A stretch of 64,000 nt of DNA from Candidatus Helarchaeota archaeon (GTDB taxonomy: Archaea; Asgardarchaeota; Lokiarchaeia; Helarchaeales; RDOG01): positions 32,001 through 96,000 of the forward strand of contig JAHPZH010000006.1 in NCBI GenBank assembly GCA_019058315.1, given 5' to 3'. Numbering within the stretch: the first letter of the stretch is position 1; each line of letters starts with the position of its first letter. Both the position numbers and the translations under genes were made by a program. The notes under the pieces are model-generated. The model saw nothing but the letters and a program-made list of their open reading frames with translations, made no database searches and had not been told where the DNA came from. This document shows, piece after piece, positions 60,601 to 64,000 of this stretch.

Positions 60601-61617
60601 ATCATAAAACATAATAAAAAATTCTATCCTGAAATGTATGAAAATAAAAGGAAAGACATTACAGATGATCAGATTAAACATCAGTTTAAAAGTCCTGAAG
60701 CAGTAGTTAAAAATTACGAAAAAACAAAAATTAGTAAAAATGATACCATATATGATGAAAAAGAAGTAAATAAATTATTAACCAGTTGGGAACTTAAGTG
60801 TTTTCAAAATTTAACTATTGATTATAAAAAAATGTTTTTAAAATTAAGAAAAACACTTTCAGAACCAAAATCTCTAAATGAAATTTCAAACCATTTAGGT
60901 CTTAAATCAGAAGAGCTAAATAAATATTTGAAAAAATTTGAATCTTTAAGATTAATAAGCTTTAATTTTTTTCCGAATTTTGATTCAGAAAAAACTGAAA
61001 AAAAATTTCATCTAACAAATAATGAAAATTATTTTAAGAAAATAATAGAGAAAAAATTAAAAGACGAATTCTATAAAGCTAGAGTAATTGGGGATTCGGA
61101 TATTGAGTCTTTTGATTTCTTCATTTTTAAAAATGAGTTTTTTATAAAAATCTTTACAAATAAAATAAACGAAACAAACAAATATTTTTTTAAGGAATTA
61201 TTTCTACAATGGGAGAGTGAAATTTTAAAAAGTAAAAGAGCTGGCTTAATCATAATTGTTCCATATCGATCTACAATAAATGCAATAAAATCAGTTATAA
61301 AAGATTACTTGAAAATTCCTGTAAAAATATTTAATTTTAGTAGCGATGATTGGGAAAAATTAAGAAAAATAATTAATACAAATAAGAATATAGAAGAAAT
61401 TCAAATAAAGGAAGGTATTTCAAAAGATATCGATGAAATATTAGAAGATCTTGATGGAACAGATACAAAGGAAATGGTTAATAAATTTTCAATTTTAGAA
61501 AGTAAACAAGAAAAGAATAATAATATTCAAAATGATTCTAATTCAGACAAAAAGGAACTCTTTTCTTTTATTGATAATATTCAAAAAAAAATTAAAACAA
61601 ATTTAGAAAAAAATTGA
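57673..61617 (+). CDS. Large membrane-anchored HerA/VirB4-like (DUF87) ATPase
   Basis: About 6 N-terminal TM helices, Walker A GQIGMGKT, Walker B VILEDSQ, wHTH-like C-terminal region. Confidence 0.75.
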   Translation: MKPSKTKIISFEKDRKNILKLIGIFIFYTSFVGILNYLLLNFQNVSPLSLLITSYQLELFSKFIPIFGILIITYIFWYLRKKADFNNSKNVKKIDLIIITLILSNLLLFYLLYTTPIFKIGLNYGLLTNIFSIFNSINYLFFNIQFLIYLVNGFLINSISIYLVLSTFIKKTRKKIVLSFLFSLIVYGILIIYLHIFEFYSEHILILSFFIIIWQIPLMKMSYLFLKYKNIDLKNHGIRSFALIFNNKNYRRGLSILEVAQISKNMITRENRQIPRTLDKLIVPGQKQYLFYHLLPLADDIQQLSYEIVISKYSIKLRFYISIFGNLIEEELINKLRDNSDLVETAFKSSFKDIEFKNLVGQELLDAWSEIVEYGNYSFKRVRDEIIEINRTTNNLYLSILNLDSIAPINANSALTQIDQLINNILTHNISVHYISVIEPSSKFDFFKQLEKFQDSNLANKTLDKFTLEDKLHHELLNIRHSEYIQMWNSSTYIVIKALDLEILKRHIQKIKAIFKQVFSNSMVTGNVKILEKKELEKALPKIIMRDRINNIKMSSEQVISTFHLPESVVPSISIKKDIPLFEIPPKLEKLDKRKIKIGTIYHGDKLLYNSYIDLEELRLNMFIVGQIGMGKTEFAKNILKELYKTVPNINWLVLEWKGDYKDLITRINEPIQVINVGSEKNPLKLNIFDPNRANPENHAMKIFSIIKEIFKSSYKSRSYLANYELSPQMEKIARDVLIECMRNPNKRNFKAFFNELKEYEKKYFGSQKSSITMSVAAIENRFQRLTTGVLGRVLNTENSNVNFQDLMNRKIIFDLSSVIFNEGTKEDVRLLINLILKYVIDQALRRGPTPELKHIVILEDSQLLVPEVLREVPETTLGEDIPLLLRSVGEAMISVATRPQISPDIISNSAIKVTFKLNQADDTIKVAKYQNLNEEQEQYLRLTKKQEAIVTTLNFPYPFRIKTVTSYPKTVTDVDIIKHNKKFYPEMYENKRKDITDDQIKHQFKSPEAVVKNYEKTKISKNDTIYDEKEVNKLLTSWELKCFQNLTIDYKKMFLKLRKTLSEPKSLNEISNHLGLKSEELNKYLKKFESLRLISFNFFPNFDSEKTEKKFHLTNNENYFKKIIEKKLKDEFYKARVIGDSDIESFDFFIFKNEFFIKIFTNKINETNKYFFKELFLQWESEILKSKRAGLIIIVPYRSTINAIKSVIKDYLKIPVKIFNFSSDDWEKLRKIINTNKNIEEIQIKEGISKDIDEILEDLDGTDTKEMVNKFSILESKQEKNNNIQNDSNSDKKELFSFIDNIQKKIKTNLEKN

Positions 61618-61646
61618 CTTCTTTAAAATCCATATAAAAAGAATTA

Positions 61647-62543
61647 TTATTGAATTGAATCCCAATACAGGTAATTTAATATGGATAAGGTACTAATTAA
61701 GGCTTCTTCAGTAGTTACTGTTTCTGTTCCTTGATGAGGAATCATATTTAAATCAAAAAAGTTATTATTTTGAATTTTAATTTCCTTTTTTTTAAAAATA
61801 GGTATTAAACCTTCAAAAGGGGCTCCGAATACAACAAGCAGTTTTGAAACTTGAAGAACTTTATTAATTAGCCTAGTTTTATTTTTCTCGATATTTTTAC
61901 CATATTTTGATGTTATAATAACACATAAATCTTTATAATTATCTAAAATTTTTTTAAGATCTTGTATATAAATTTTATAACCCCAATAATATCTCAAATT
62001 ATTAGGGTCAATCATCGATATTTTCATTTTAGAATTTTGTTTTTTTAAAAAGATTGTAATACGACTATTAATTTTTAAATTTGGTATGTCTAGATAAAAT
62101 TTTTGGTCTAGCCCTATGTCAACTCTCGAAAATTTATCATTAGATTCAATAATAAGACCCTCTCTTATTTCTCCTGATTCTAAATTTTCAAATTTATTCT
62201 TTAATATATGATGAGCAATTTTTAAAGGTGGTAATAAGCCACTAAATTTTAAATATGGAGAAATTGGGAATAGTCGTTTTCGTAGATATGGAGGACATTC
62301 AAGATAATTAAAAATTGTAGTTATAAATTTTAAATTATTTTCTTTAATACTATTTTTTGTTTTAAAATAATGTGGATAAATAAATATCTCTTCAACTTTA
62401 AAAATTGCACAAGCTCGTGCAATTATTCCGATTTTTTCAGTCTGAGAGCGCAAATCTTGACAATTTTCTAAAATTGACGAAGGAATAGCAATGGATAATT
62501 TAATTTTTAATTTTTTTGGAAATGAACTAATATTACTCATCAC
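61647..62543 (-). CDS. SPOUT RNA methyltransferase (DUF171/SPOUT1-like)
   Basis: SIAIPSS, IARACAIF, PPYLRK, PHQGTETV.TEEA. Confidence 0.9.
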   Translation of the reverse strand: MMSNISSFPKKLKIKLSIAIPSSILENCQDLRSQTEKIGIIARACAIFKVEEIFIYPHYFKTKNSIKENNLKFITTIFNYLECPPYLRKRLFPISPYLKFSGLLPPLKIAHHILKNKFENLESGEIREGLIIESNDKFSRVDIGLDQKFYLDIPNLKINSRITIFLKKQNSKMKISMIDPNNLRYYWGYKIYIQDLKKILDNYKDLCVIITSKYGKNIEKNKTRLINKVLQVSKLLVVFGAPFEGLIPIFKKKEIKIQNNNFFDLNMIPHQGTETVTTEEALISTLSILNYLYWDSIQ

Positions 62544-62585
62544 AATATTTCCATATTTTTGGATATAGAATTTTTTAACTAAAAT

Positions 62586-63395
62586 TTAAATTTCTAGATC
62601 TTCAAAACTTTTTCTTACTAAAATTTCGAATTCTTTATGATCTAAATTAGAAATTTCATTAACTAATCCAGCAAAAAATTTTCTTTCTTTTTTTGAAAAT
62701 GGATTATTTTTTTGTATTTCAAAGATTACATCTAAATTATTTAGCAAATTTTTTAGATTTGGTATCATCATTTTAAAAGATCTTGTATAAAAATTAGGTT
62801 CTATCTTTGATTTTGCCATAGCTATAACCATAGATAAAATAGTAAAATGAAATAACGATTGAATTTTACTCATTTTAATATCGTGTTCTGTATTAGATAT
62901 AATTAATACATTACTTCCTAATTTTTCAAAAAGATATTTGATTTTCTGAATCCATTGTTTTCCCTTTACAGGAATTAAAATTATATTTTCTCCTGAAAAA
63001 TTACCTTGTGGACCAAATAAGAAATGGGCACTTAGGTATTCGATTGAATCTGGAATTTCTAAATTATTAATTATACTACTTTTTACTGAGGAAAGATCAA
63101 TTAACAACGCTCCATTTTTCATTATTTTAATTACGTTTGTGCAAGTTTCAAGTACATTATCTAATGGTACAGAAACAACAACTATATCTGAATTTTGACA
63201 GTCTTCCAATACACCAAATTCAATATTTTCTCCAATTTGTTTAGCAACTGACTTAGCTTTTTTTAAATCTCTACTACAAATCATTACATTAGTAATATCC
63301 TTTAAACTCTTAACAAAGATTCTACCCATTCCCCCAGTTCCTCCGATAATAGAGATATTTAATTGTTTAAAAAAGGTGTCAAAAGTATTTTTCAT
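62586..63395 (-). CDS. tyrA: Prephenate dehydrogenase
   Basis: IIGGTGGMG, DLSSVK, HFLFGP, EHD..M..IQ. Confidence 0.9.
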   Translation of the reverse strand: MKNTFDTFFKQLNISIIGGTGGMGRIFVKSLKDITNVMICSRDLKKAKSVAKQIGENIEFGVLEDCQNSDIVVVSVPLDNVLETCTNVIKIMKNGALLIDLSSVKSSIINNLEIPDSIEYLSAHFLFGPQGNFSGENIILIPVKGKQWIQKIKYLFEKLGSNVLIISNTEHDIKMSKIQSLFHFTILSMVIAMAKSKIEPNFYTRSFKMMIPNLKNLLNNLDVIFEIQKNNPFSKKERKFFAGLVNEISNLDHKEFEILVRKSFEDLEI

Positions 63396-63514
63396 TTTCG
63401 TTATTTCCTTAATTTTTAATTTAAATGCAATAATAATTATTTTTATTTGATAAACGATTTTTATTAAATCTATATTTTAAAATAAAATCTTTTAACTATT
63501 AATGCTGATAAAAA

Positions 63515-64000
63515 ATGGCAGGAAATACATTTGGAAAGATCTTTAGAATTACAACTTGGGGAGAATCACATGGAACTGCAGTGGGAGTTATCATCGATGG
63601 ATGTCCTGCAAATTTAGAATTGGATATTGAATTCGTTCAAAAAGAATTAAATAAAAGAAGACCTGGTCAAAATGATTTAAGTTCACCTAGAAAAGAACTG
63701 GATCAAGTTGAGGTTTTATCAGGTATATTTGAAGGAAAAACTACGGGATCTCCTATTTGCTTATTAGTTTATAATAAGGATGTTGATTCATCTAAATATG
63801 AAAAAATAAAAAATTTATTAAGACCTGGCCATGCTGATTTTACATATTTTATTAAATATCAAAATAGAGATTGGCGTGGTGGAGGTCGGGCATCAGGGAG
63901 AGAAACAATTGGTAGAGTGATTGCAGGTGCAATAGCTAAGCAAATTTTGGAAAAAATTGGGATAAAAATATTTGCCTATACCAAAGAATTGGGTGGCATT
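63515..64000 (+). CDS. aroC: Chorismate synthase (partial; runs off the window)
   Basis: [39 protein letters not shown]. Confidence 0.95.
   Translation, partial: MAGNTFGKIFRITTWGESHGTAVGVIIDGCPANLELDIEFVQKELNKRRPGQNDLSSPRKELDQVEVLSGIFEGKTTGSPICLLVYNKDVDSSKYEKIKNLLRPGHADFTYFIKYQNRDWRGGGRASGRETIGRVIAGAIAKQILEKIGIKIFAYTKELGGI

Overview
Very AT-rich archaeal chromosome segment. The Asgard assignment (Lokiarchaeia/Helarchaeales-like) is inferred from an archaeal histone, Cdc6/Orc1, a proteasome subunit, several Roadblock and longin-like proteins, Rab- and MglA-like GTPases, and an EF-2 lacking the diphthamide motif. The window holds about 60 mostly housekeeping genes and five tRNA genes. Four of the tRNAs carry bulge-helix-bulge (BHB) introns at non-canonical positions (29/30, 45/46, 59/60), and tRNA-Gly has two. 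Main finding: four protein-coding genes that look broken in the ORF track (a HAD hydrolase, a small Cys/His-rich protein, RNase Z and EF-2) are each interrupted by a 16-31 nt micro-intron folding into a BHB motif. Cutting at the canonical tRNA-splicing-endonuclease sites restores the frame in all four and rebuilds a conserved motif in three (DLDGT-II, DCGE-GTQ, DTPGH-VD). This points to frequent EndA-type mRNA splicing. Second finding: a putative replication origin at 8.1-9.06 kb with four ORB boxes but no adjacent cdc6. It carries two identical 12-23-12 inverted repeats, one inside the origin and one just upstream of a small putative DNA-binding gene. All calls come from reading the sequence by eye; no database search or folding program was run.
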